Below are positions 42,201 through 53,330 of a stretch of DNA of 64,000 bases, piece by piece. The notes beneath the pieces are model-generated. The model was not told the DNA's origin, did no database searches, and worked only from the letters and a program-made list of their open reading frames with translations. Within the stretch, counting starts at the first letter, position 1, and the number at the start of each line of letters is the position of its first letter. The stretch lies in the NCBI RefSeq assembly GCF_026571515.1, contig NW_026855828.1:248001-312000 (forward strand). Direction: 5' to 3'. Source of the stretch: Ruditapes philippinarum (Eukaryota). Made by a program: the position numbers and the translations under genes.

Positions 42201-45200
42201 CAAGTAGCGACTTCATAACGTCCGAGTAAAATGTTTGGTAGATTCATTAAGCTGCCAGTTTATGTCAAAAATAATGCTCAGTACCTAGGTAAAGCTGGCA
42301 CTAATAAATCCAACATTCTCTTACTATTTGATCCTGTTAACATTGATACTGCTTAAACCAGTCCAACTAGTACTTGTGTATTTTTATATACAGTTTAACT
42401 TGCCCATGCGACCACGTGTATTAAGCGACTTTTGTCTTAAACGACCACTTTAAATTCCCCCCGATCATTTTCTCTCTATATCTTTAATGTATTAAGCGAC
42501 TTTTGCTCAACGCGACCAGCGACCGCTTATTAGTCATCTAATTGACATCAATCTTTTCATTAAACGACCACTTTTACCTGTCAAGTAATTGTGTTTTTAG
42601 AGAACGCCACCTCGTTATGTCACAAGTGTCAGCAATCAAAACACAACAATAAACGTGTGAAAAACTCTATTTCCCATACCGTTTTAGCGTATGCAAATGA
42701 AGTTAAGTATACGCGTGACGTGTATTATCCAATAATATCGGATAAACAATGCAACGCTCCGCCCATACTGAGATGGTGTATACTCTTCGCTTGTTGACAT
42801 TTAGACTGCATTGAATTGACCTTGAACTTGATCAGCCATTAAATTAATCGTAACAAATAGATGTAGTTTGTTTATTTCAAATGAAAAAATGCACAACAGA
42901 AAACATCTTCACTAATAGGGTTTTCGTGTTGGAGACAAGGAAAAACAACGGAGAAGTTAAAAAATTCTGGAAAAAATGTCAAACATGTACGTAATGGATC
43001 AAAACTGATTTTGTCAATAAATATCAGAACGTTATTTTTACATTTGCATCAGTTTAGATTATCGGAGCGTACTTATTATTCAACATTTATATAAAAATGA
43101 AGTTGAAAAACAATCCCATCGAATAAAAAAGATGTCATTTATAAATTTTGACTTTTATATCATGCTGACTGTCTTAAGAGACCGTTTCATTAAGCGACCG
43201 TTTTTGGTCTTTCCCTTGCCCGGTCGCTTAATACACGTTTGACTGTATATATAGTGAATAGTCTCAGACAGGCCTTGATTTTCATCTGTGTTCAGTTACT
43301 GCATGTTTTTACTGTAACAGTTGCATGCTGAATGTTAAACTATTCAGTAATTATTCACTTGAATGTCAAAGTAACATTTTTGCTAGGGTATACATATATC
43401 AATAGTAAGATTTCAGTTGATCAGCAGTCTATAACAAAGTGCTTCTACTATGTCATGTAACTTCTTTAAAAACATTACATCTCAATTTGAAATAAAGAAA
43501 AACATTGACCTTCAGTCAGTAAAAATTCAGTTACTAATTTCTATATATTATTTTCACTACAGTGTTTTGGAAATAGATATTAAGAAAATGATTGTAATAA
43601 CAAAAGTCTCAAGTACATGATACTAATTTGTATATATTTTCCTTATCACTGCAATACATAAGCATTCTTGTTTATTTAACTATTGTGTCTTTAAAGTTAC
43701 TTATTGCTGTTTCAGGGAGCAGATGAAAGATGTAACGGAAGAACCACAGGAATGGACCCCACAGGCAGAAGACACAGAAAACAAGGACCCCAAGTAAGTT
43801 TACAAGTTTTTGATGACTTTATATAAATATAAAGGTTATTTTTTATATGTGTATATTAATGTGCAAGTTAAGAATTTTAATATCCTTCAATTTGTTCTAA
43901 ATATTTTCCATATGCATTTAAAATGATGTAAAAAAATGTCTGTGTACTAAATTATATTTCTTATACAAATAGTCTTTTGAAAATAGTTTGCCTCAAGCTC
44001 CTTAAATTCTGAAATTATACTATCAATATATATATGAATAAAAGTATTCCATTTGAAAGTACATAAAAGATTTGCCTGTACATAAAATATTTAAATGGAT
44101 TCAGATAGCACATAATTGCCAACATGTTTAGGATGAATTTAGAAATAAAAATTCTGGATAGTGGAAAAAAGTGGTCCATCAGGCATTCTTGTTTGTAAAA
44201 TGTTGCAGACATTATAGTTGTACAGTATTCAGTATATCCAATAGGCATAGAACATCACTGAGACATACTGTCTATGAAACTAAAGATGGCTTGTAATGAT
44301 GAGCAGTATGGTTCTTGTAAAGTATCTTACTGGAGAACCGAAAATATTCCTCAACAAGCACAGTATGTAATTGATGTGTAGTAATTTTTTAACAAAAATG
44401 AACAATGTAAATAAAATGATTTTCGATGATGTAATTTACTGTATTTTTCAATTTTCAGCGAGAGCACTGAATCTGCCCCAGCTGAGGAACCCGAGGATGA
44501 AGGACCCAAACAGCTTACTTTAGAGGAATGGAAAAAAATGGAAGATGCCAAACGTATGAAATCCCAATTTAAACTTAGAAAGGCTAATGAAGGTGTTGAC
44601 ACATCACAATGGAAGAGTGCTCGTGTTTATCGTAAGAGTGAAGGTGACGAGGAGAGCGAAGAGGAAGAATCCGAGGAAGAGGAAGAAGATGTAAGTTTCA
44701 TAATACTTGTAAAATATCCTTAATGGAAATGATAGTCAAGCTAGTTTCTTTATAATAATTCTGTCTGGATGTTTATATAAAAGGTGTACATGAGTGGGCA
44801 AACGTGTTATATAGACTAAACTAAACAATGAAACATCATTATTTAAACTGACATATTTTACTCTGTTTTATAAGTTATTGATATGTCTTCTTACCCATCT
44901 CATTGTGAAGTTTTATCAAGGAGTTACATTCATTAAATTTCATAGCATGTCAATTATAAAGTACAGTATTTTCCTTCCTGGTTAATAGTTAACTTTAGTA
45001 GAGTAATTTTCCTTGTAATGATTTTATGTTTTATGTGAACAATAGTTCGTTATTGTGTATAGAAATATCACATTCTTTCAGGAGGATGAAATGAGACAAA
45101 AGAAGCTGGTCAATGAAATAAGGATCACATTTAATGATTCACCAAGGAGAGGTCGTGGTGGACGCCGACCTAGAGGAGCACGCGGTGGAAGATCTGGAGG

Positions 45201-45288
45201 TGGCAGAGGTGACCGAAGGTCTGCCAATGCTGCACCAAAGTTTGATGATGAGAATGACTTCCCATCATTGATAAAATCTGCCGCATAA
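36295..45288 (+). CDS. SERBP1: SERPINE1 mRNA-binding protein 1 / Vig-like (HABP4/PAI-RBP1 family), 7 exons, about 380 aa
   Basis: Exons 36295-36517, 36894-37014, 38484-38690, 39686-39760, 43716-43793, 44459-44690, 45082-45288 are phase-consistent. Motifs: YGINVKNKFELFIDEDVDPLEIL, RGG boxes, GKREFERHSGSDR, KREGSGSHNWG, LTLEEWK, FKLRKANEG, APKFDDENDFPSL. Confidence 0.95.
37117..37911. mobile_element. hAT-type MITE
   Basis: TIR TAGAGGTGTC / GACACCCCTA, 8-bp TSD CATGAATG, ATCGAT-rich subtermini. Confidence 0.88.
39038..39550. mobile_element. hAT-like MITE containing a long internal palindrome (39163-39398)
   Basis: Ends AGGGATCGAAAA / TTTTCAATCCCTG. The internal arms of about 95 bp (TTCTCAAAATCAGTTTGTTTACAT... 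/ ...ATGTAAACAAACTGATTATGAGAA) are inverted. TSD unclear. Confidence 0.6.
40288..41250. mobile_element. hAT-type MITE
   Basis: TIR TAGGGCTGGGAA / TTCCCGGCCCTA, 8-bp TSD ATAATATG, CGAATATTCG subterminal repeats. Confidence 0.9.
42391..43245. mobile_element. Tc1/mariner (pogo/Tigger-like) MITE
   Basis: TA|CAGT...ACTG|TA ends with subterminal TATTAAGCGAC repeats and their inverted copy. Confidence 0.8.
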
Positions 45289-46136
45289 ATAACACATGCC
45301 CTTTAAAGGGCTAAACCTATAACAGACTTGCGTTTTGATATCTCTCGTCTTTGAATCATGGTTAAATTATGTTCATTCTTGTAATTCCCATTACACAAAC
45401 ACATACATTGAAATGACTTTTCATCTGCATTATTTTATAGGGAGCGGACACTTTGTGATTAATTTTTGTGTGATAGAGGAGCGTTGGTGTATAAAAGATC
45501 TCTTGAGTGGTCAGTTTAATAGAGAATAAATGTTAGAAGGATTCCTTTGTCTTTATAAAGGTCTCTATGAGATTTAAATAGCTTCAGGCAGCTGGATGTT
45601 TGGTAAACTATCACAGTGTGAATAGACAGGAGAAAACTTAGATTTTTTGTTAAGTGATAAATTTGAAAGCATTGAATGATGCTGTTCATTTAGAAAAAAA
45701 AAACATACTAAAATTCCTAGGCGGCATAACTAGTGCTAATTGTTTTATGCTGTGCTTGTGTATATTTGTTGACAAATCCTTATTTATAAATACCTCTAGG
45801 CTGCTGAAGGAATATGCATGATTCCAGGGTACTCTGAATCCTGGGGCAGGGTGGTTCATTATTTGTGTATTAACCATTGTCAACCATGTGCGAGATATTC
45901 AGCGCAAATAATTTTGTTATTTAATAAATACAGATAAAACTTACAAAAATTTATATTTACTTTTTGTTATCTTTTATCAGGAAAATGAAAACTTGATGCC
46001 AGTACATCGCCCATTCCCTTGGCAAGATGCTTAACTGCAGCATTAATTTTACCAAAGTCGTTCTTACCTTTCAATGAAATCAGAAAGGGGATTTTGTAAT
46101 GCAGTTGTTTAGCGGGAGCCATCTGTTTGTCTAAAA

Positions 46137-46340
46137 CCGCCTCCATGGTCGAGGGGTTAGTCCATGACTTCTAATCCAGTTACCTCTTGGGCGTGGGTTC
46201 TATCCCCGGGAGATGCTTTGGTAGTTTAGCACAGAGGAAGGTAGTCTAGTACTGGTGTAACTCTCCAGGAACGATGGTTAGGTAACTACCCGCCTATAAG
46301 ACTGAAATACTGTTGAGAAAAGGCGTAAAAATAAACAAAA
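46137..46340 (+). mobile_element. tRNA-derived SINE
   Basis: TGGTCGAGGGGTTAG A box and GGGTTCTATCCC B box, with a 3' end ACTGAAATACTGTTGA...GGCGTAAAAATAAACAAAA. Confidence 0.65.
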
Positions 46341-46607
46341 CTGAAGAGATTGAAAATAACCCTCCGATTCTACAAGACCCTGTCATATTCAATAACATAT
46401 CCAAAATTTAGCCTAGGTAAACTGGGTATATGAAAGAGCATGACCTTTACTTGAAACATATACATAGTTACTATAAAAGGAGTAAAAAAAAAATCCTTTC
46501 TTGAATGGCAAGATTAATGACCATCAATGAAAATTTAATTTTCAAGTTGTAGTTAACTGACCTTCGGCTGCAAAGTTCTCTCATATTTTGCCAACGAACA
46601 AGTTTCA

Positions 46608-49600
46608 TTTTTGTGCCCCCTTTATACTTCTATAGGGGGCATTTAGATTTACCTTGTCCTTCTGTCTGTTCTTATTTTGAGTCGCACATACCTTGAGGAG
46701 TATTTAACCTAGTCTTGGAAACTTAAACAGGAATGTTGTGTAGTTGTGCACCAGTCCTGGATATTTGCTTGCGAATGAAACTAGAGGAATGTTGTGAAGT
46801 TGTGCACCTGGCGATTTATTCTGTTTTGACCTAGGGTCATGAAACTTTGCCGGAATGTTGATCAGCATAACGGTGATTTATTCTGTTTTGTCAGAGATAT
46901 TGCCCTTGACTTTGTAAAAATTTGCAATTTTCAATTTGTGTAAAGTATTTAACCTAGAGCCGTGGAGCTCAACAGAATGTTCGTCAGCATGTGTATTGTG
47001 CATTGTGGATTTATCTAGTATTTCTAGAGTGATTGCCCTTGACTTAGTAAAAACTGTTGTGTTCCTCGAGTGCTTGAGTTAGAATCAACCAACATTACAG
47101 GAATAATCAACATCACTGAAGCTGTGCACCTGGGGTTTTGCATGTGGATTTTTCAGTTTTGTTAAGAGTTATTACCCCTGACTTAGTAAAAATTTGCAAT
47201 TTTCAACTTGTACATGCATAGCTCAAAAAGTATTTGACCTGTAGGCCAGAACGTTGGTCAGCATTTGTTCTTGTGCACCTTTGGGTTTGCTTGTGGATTT
47301 ATTCAGTATTTGTAAAGTTCTTGCCCTGATTTTTAGTTTCAACTTGTGGCACAAAATATATTTGACCTTGAGTCATAAGATTAACAAAAAAGTGGAGTGT
47401 GGGGCACCCATGTCCTAGTTGTTTTAAAATCAGTTGATGCATGACAAAAGTTACAGTCCGGACACGAATGTGTGTACCTAATTAATTGCGATGTAATGTG
47501 AAACTACAAAATAGTAGTGTGACCTTTGAGGTAGGGACATGGTTCTTGGACACCACACATTGTCTTAATGTGGACATTTGTGCCAAGTCATTTCAAAATC
47601 CCTCAATGTATGACATTTACAGTCCGGACACGAATGTATGTACCTATTTACTCCAATTGCAATAATGTGAAACTTCAAAATGATAGTGTGACCTTGACGT
47701 TTGAGGTAAGGACATGGCTCTTGGACGCATCACATCGTCTTGATGTGGTAGACATTTGTGCCAAGTTATTTCAAAAGACAAAGTTACAGTCCGACACAAA
47801 TGAAGTGGAGACAGAGTCCGACAGACAGACGGTGCGATTTTAATAAGCCTCCCTTTTGGGGGCATAAAAAGTTATTTTTCAGATGAACATTGGAGTGAAT
47901 TGTAACATAATTGCTCCAATAAAAGGATATAATTGAAAAACTAAGCAATATACAGTTATGGTTCTTTTACACAGCACTTTTCCAAGTCTCTATTACTGTG
48001 TTTAGTTTCAAAGAGATATCGTTGGTGTATTTCAAATTATACTTAAGGCAAACATAATGGGAGATTTTAAAAAAATCATGCATAGTAAAGTTTCCTTATA
48101 ACTGCATTCCCTTCACCAGCCTTAAAACTGCATTATTTTTCAACAGTCTTTGTCACTGTGTGAAGTTTATTTAAATTCCTTCAATACTTTTTAGGTTATC
48201 CTGCAGACAAGAGTGTAACTGAGACTTAAAGACAGATTGAGGAATGAGTTCTAATGAAATGGCATTTGTTAAGATTTCCCTAAATTGTTCTATTAGCCAC
48301 TCCAAAGAGAGAAAATAAGAATATGTCAAATTTGAGTTGAATGTGTCATACCTTTGGGGAGATGAAGAACGGAAACTGAAAATTTCATATTTTCAAATTG
48401 AAAGGGGCATAACTCTGCCACAAATCATCAAACCATGACCAAATTTGAACTTGACCTGCGCATTCCTTTGACGTACCCATATGTCAAATTTGAGTTGAAT
48501 GTGTAATACCGTTGGGGAGATAATGAACGGAAACTGAAAATTTCATCAAGGGGCATAACTCTTTCAAAAATCATCGAACCATGACCAAATTCGAACTTGA
48601 CCTGTATTTTCTCATGATATGTTCATATGTAAAATTTTAGTTGAATGTGTGCAACTGTTACTAAGATCATGAATGTAAACTGATGATGATGGAAGGACGG
48701 AACAGGGTAACACTATGCCCGAATAAAAATGAACAAAGGGCAATAACTCCAAAATTAAGCAAGGTAGAGTTAATGTTCTTTTGCGCTGCACTTCTATTCA
48801 ATGAGATCAATCTACCAACAAACCTCTTATGGTTTCAGAGCTATGGCTCGGACAAAGTTCAAAGTAATGGAAATACCTCCAAAATTAGGCAAGGCAGAGT
48901 TAAGGTTCTTTTGCATTGCCCTTCTATCCAATGAGCTTTATCTACCTACAAAGTTTCATGTTGATATCTCTTATAGTTTTAAATAAAGTGCAAACTGTAA
49001 ATATGAACAAAGGGCCATAACTCCAAAATTAGGCAATGCAGAATTATGGTTCTTTAGCACTGCACTTCAACCCAATGGGATTTATCTACCTACAAAGTTT
49101 CATTATAGTTTTAGAGTTAAAGCTTGGTCAAAGTTCAAAGTATACAAATGCACTAAGGGCAATAACTCCAAAATCAGGCAAGACAGAGTTATGGTTCTTT
49201 AGCACTGCACTTCCTCCCAATGAGATCTATCTACCTACAAAGTTTCATGTTGATATCTCAAAGTGTAAAAATAAACAAAGGGCAATAACTCCAATATTAG
49301 GCAAGATAGAGTAATGGTTTTTTTGCACTGCACTTATACAGATAACATCTGCCAACCTACAAAGTTTAATGTTGATATTTCCTATATTTTTAGAGTTATG
49401 TCCCGGACAAAGTTCAGTGTAAAAATGAACAAAGGGCAATACCAGAGACATAGATAACATTATCTATTATATATAACAATTGTTATCTATGTCTCTGGCA
49501 ATACCTTCAAAATTAGGTAAGACAGAGTTATGGTTCTTTAGCACTGCACTTCTACCCAAAGAGATCTATCTACCTACAAAGTTTCATGTTGATATCTTTA

Positions 49601-49630
49601 GAGTTATGTCCCGAACAAAGTTCAAAGTGT
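46608..49630. repeat. Cluster of degenerate HINE-like elements with internal tandem units (46608-47422 +, 47430-47870 -, 48300-48720, 48730-49630)
   Basis: Terminal palindromes such as GCCCCC...GGGGGC, a (GACA)n microsatellite, and repeated cores including AGGGCAATAACTCCAAAATTAGGCAAG and AGGGCATAACTCT. Confidence 0.7.
49443..49497. mobile_element. 55-bp minimal MITE with P-element-like termini
   Basis: 16-bp perfect TIR CAGAGACATAGATAAC / GTTATCTATGTCTCTG and 7-bp direct repeat GCAATAC on both sides. Confidence 0.75.
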
Positions 49631-49778
49631 TTATTGCTACATTCTATTCTATTCTACTGTCAATTAGACTTTACCTTTTTACTTTTATTAATTTGTACAT
49701 GCTCTTTAATATAGTCTTACATGTATCTTGGAAATAAGTGATGTTTCCTTATCAAGTTAAAATTGCCCTTTATCTTAA

Positions 49779-50763
49779 AGATCCTGTAACTCATTTTTTA
49801 TCGGTTTACATCATAAACATAATGCAGATTTATCAATATTGTAAGTTCCAAAAAAGCATTATTTGTAAAGATATTACTAAATTTACATTTCATGGGAGGT
49901 AATAAGAAATTTATTTTCTATAAAGTCAAGTCAAATTTTTCAATAAGAAATGAATGCATATATTTTAATATTATACCTCATTTGCATACGCCCTTCTATA
50001 TTTAATATGACGTCATCCTGTCCATAAACCGCATACAGACCAGGGGCGGTCCATAATTCTTATATGGACTGGATGACGTCATATTAAATACATAATGCGT
50101 ATGCAAATGAGGTATAATATATTTTATTGTTAAATGATTTTTTTAACTGAATTTATTGTTTTGTTTCACATAAATTTATAACATGTTGATCAAAAGTCAT
50201 GATTTGTCTTTAAATTGCTTATAAATTTTATTTATAAATACAGTTTGTGAAGATCTTAAAGTTCGTTTTTTTTGCCTGTTTAATTTGATTAACAAAAATT
50301 GAATGACAAAAGAGCATGATTTTTTTTTTGCTGTATCACAAAAAAAAAAATCTGACTAGGGTTTGAAATATTTGACACACTGAACAAATAAATTATTTAA
50401 AAGCAAATTATAGTAAAAATGACAGCAACAAAAGGGATGAAAGGATTTAGATTCGGTATAACATAACAAATAAAACCTGGCCTTTTGGGCAAAATGCAAG
50501 TTTACGGACTGGTTGGTCAGACCTCGGAAGGTATATGTCCCTCAGCTGCACTTTGTGCCAACCTTCCTCAGTCTGACCAATCAGTCCATAAACTTGCATA
50601 TTGCCCTCAAGGCCATGTTTTAATTGTTAAATGATTACATATAATATGGACAAATATTTGCAGTACATATTTTTGTATTCTTCTATGTTTGAACATAATT
50701 ATATACATATATAAAATTTCACTTAAAAGTGGTTAACAACCTTAATTACCACATACAGGATCT
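49779..50763. mobile_element. Kolobok-like MITE hosting a double-hairpin element
   Basis: TTAA|AGATCCTGTA ... TACAGGATCT|TTAA. Confidence 0.75.
49969..50634. mobile_element. Double-hairpin non-autonomous element (possibly Crypton-like)
   Basis: Palindrome of about 150 bp at 49969-50120 and one of about 165 bp at 50464-50630. Internal site GGTATAA-CA-TAACAA. Confidence 0.6.
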
Positions 50764-50967
50764 TTAAGTGAGGTCTATTCCTAACGTACTAAATGGCAAA
50801 CAAGAAAAGGGATGAAAAACTGAATTCTTCTCTTTTTATTTATATAAATATTAAGACGTGCCTAATTAGATGGAAAAATCATCACTGAGAAAGAGTAAAT
50901 AGTAGTTACTTTTTTATAAAATGTTGTCACATATACACATATTAAAATATACATATAATGATACATA

Positions 50968-52494
50968 TTAAAACAACTGCATTTTGTTAGAAATTGTCAA
51001 TTTCATTTTGTCATTCCACTGCAACTGGCTGGAATAGGCCAACTGATCAGAATTATTTTTTGATATGTCATTTACACTTGCACTCTGAGAATCCCCAGTG
51101 TTCAAGAGATCCAAACTTGACTGGTCATCCATTTCTTCTTCATCACTTTCCCATGATAAACTTCTGATATCAACAGATAAATTATTCTGAGATGAGGAAA
51201 GATCAAGACACGTATAATCAAGTGTTTGATTAGGTAATAGCCCTATTGGATGGTTTGACCAATCAACTGGTTCTAGACATTTTTTCCAAGATTTTCTATC
51301 TTCATGTACAATATCTTGTATATCAGCTATATTTGAAACTTTTCTGAAAGAATTTTCTTCATTGCACTTATCAACAGTTTTGCACACTGAAAGAAAATGC
51401 TTTAGATTTTGCTTCTGTTCAATATCAAGATTAGCATTTTCTACCAATAGATTAATTAATGATTCTGCATCCTTGTTTCTTAGATATATACATTTTTCTA
51501 ACAAACACATGTATGGCATTTCGATAGGCCTTGGGAATAAATGAGATTTGGATTTATTTCTTTTTATTTTGTCACTTTGATTATGCCAAATAAAAGTGTA
51601 CAACCAGCAGAGAACTAAAAAGTTTCTTGGTGAAGATTCCTCTGTTATAACTGATGCCATATGAAGCGAAAGTTCAGCAATCAAATTTGTTTTGACCATT
51701 AAAAGAATGACTTTTTTCCAGAATTCTAGAACTTTTGGTGGGAGCAAAAGGCTACCATTTGAATGCAAGTCTGCATAATTATATCCAAGACTATCTAACT
51801 GTTCTACTGTAGGAATAAGGTACCCATCTGCAATCAGAATTGGACATGCATTACTTCCAAGTTGTTTGAACATGTGATCAATGTTCACCAGCAGCTGTTT
51901 GTTAGATGAAGCTTCTCCACTACTGATTTCTTTGAATCTTCTTTGCATGTAAGTTACAAGAGAATCCTTCAATATATCACCTGCTGCGCTACTTAAAGAA
52001 GCAATGCCAAAGGTTTCAGATGTCTGTGGCTCCCAAAAGTTTTTCTTTAACCATTCGAGCGCCCATGAAGAAGCAGCTGTTAACTCATTCAGCGATGGTA
52101 AAGAACCATGTGTTGCCTCATGTCGCAACTCAACAATCCATTCTGGAACACCCAACACTGCTGCAACAACATGAACTGGTTTTGCAAATGCTCCTTGTTG
52201 ACCCTTTTCTGTAATGTGATTCACAAACCTAATTACTGCCATGCTATATAAGTTACGCAGATGAAAGTCTACTCCAAACGATGATGCATCGACTTCTCTG
52301 CTTGCTAAATGTGCATTGATGAAGGAAGATGTGCTCTCTACAGCAGCTGGTAATCGCTTCTTTGACCTACTCTTCCACACTGATATTCGTTCGATCGCAT
52401 GTTTTTGCTTAATGACATCTGTACTAAACAGTTCCTCATAAACAAATCGAACCTCTTCCCTATTCATCCACGGAAAAACAACTAAATTAGACAT
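50968..52494 (-). CDS. LAS1L: Ribosomal biogenesis protein LAS1L (HEPN endoribonuclease), single coding exon, 508 aa
   Basis: Uninterrupted ORF. The N-terminal Las1 domain reads VVFPW...WKSR...LPAAVEST...YSMAVIRFVN...GVPEWIVELRHEATHGSLPSL...WLKKNFWE, with the HEPN RxxxxH motif (RHEATH). C-terminal PIGLLPNQ. Confidence 0.93.
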   Translation of the reverse strand: MSNLVVFPWMNREEVRFVYEELFSTDVIKQKHAIERISVWKSRSKKRLPAAVESTSSFINAHLASREVDASSFGVDFHLRNLYSMAVIRFVNHITEKGQQGAFAKPVHVVAAVLGVPEWIVELRHEATHGSLPSLNELTAASSWALEWLKKNFWEPQTSETFGIASLSSAAGDILKDSLVTYMQRRFKEISSGEASSNKQLLVNIDHMFKQLGSNACPILIADGYLIPTVEQLDSLGYNYADLHSNGSLLLPPKVLEFWKKVILLMVKTNLIAELSLHMASVITEESSPRNFLVLCWLYTFIWHNQSDKIKRNKSKSHLFPRPIEMPYMCLLEKCIYLRNKDAESLINLLVENANLDIEQKQNLKHFLSVCKTVDKCNEENSFRKVSNIADIQDIVHEDRKSWKKCLEPVDWSNHPIGLLPNQTLDYTCLDLSSSQNNLSVDIRSLSWESDEEEMDDQSSLDLLNTGDSQSASVNDISKNNSDQLAYSSQLQWNDKMKLTISNKMQLF

Positions 52495-53330
52495 GTTTTC
52501 TGATAGTTAAAAATTTGGTCAACAAGCACGTGGGTTTGTATACAATATTCGGAACGCCTTGCCGAGCGGTACCACTAAAATACGCAATGGAGATTTTTTG
52601 GCGCAACGGGCGCAACGGAGGGCAAAATTTAAAATAAAACAATAAAATACGATTAGCAATGCATTTTTTTAAAATTTGCATTAGCATGTGCTGAATAAAA
52701 TAATACTTTGAAAATATAGAAATCATTAAAAAGCAATATTTTCTTTATTATAAACATTGTATTGTTGTAATACCGTTCTTATCTCCGTTTTAATATGTTG
52801 TTTCTATGGTTTTATTGAATATAAAAAGTCCATTTCCCTAGCTTATATGGTTATGAAAGTTATCAGTTATGCTACATTTTTTGACTTATAAGAACCGTAC
52901 GTTCATGTCCGTTTCCTGATAATAACGTGTATCGTGGAAGCATGGTCGTGAACAAAGTTGTATTTTTCCTTGGACTCTATAAAGCACACTGTGTATTTTA
53001 TATGACAATAGAAAACTGGATTGTGCAGAACGATATAGTCTCCTTTGCGTCGATAATAAGTCTATATCCGCCAGGTTGTAATTGTTCTTACAATTTGTTC
53101 CCAGTTTTCTTATTAAATTTAAAAACAGACTTTCAACATGATGCTATAAATTCAACATTCGTTCAATTCTATTTTCAACGTTGTAATTTAGGACGTGCCT
53201 TTATGAAAAAATCTCTGTTGCACTTAAATATACATGTATCTCCTTTGCGCCGCGGATAAGTCCTCCATTTTCATATAATCTTTCAAAACAATATTTATAA
53301 TTCCACATTTTTAAATAATATAACAGACTT

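Noticed and set aside
44294-44355. SECIS element or C/D-box snoRNA reading of ATGATGA...
   Set aside because: The site is intronic with no selenoprotein UGA and the helix geometry is wrong for SECIS. There is no CTGA D box before the terminal stem.
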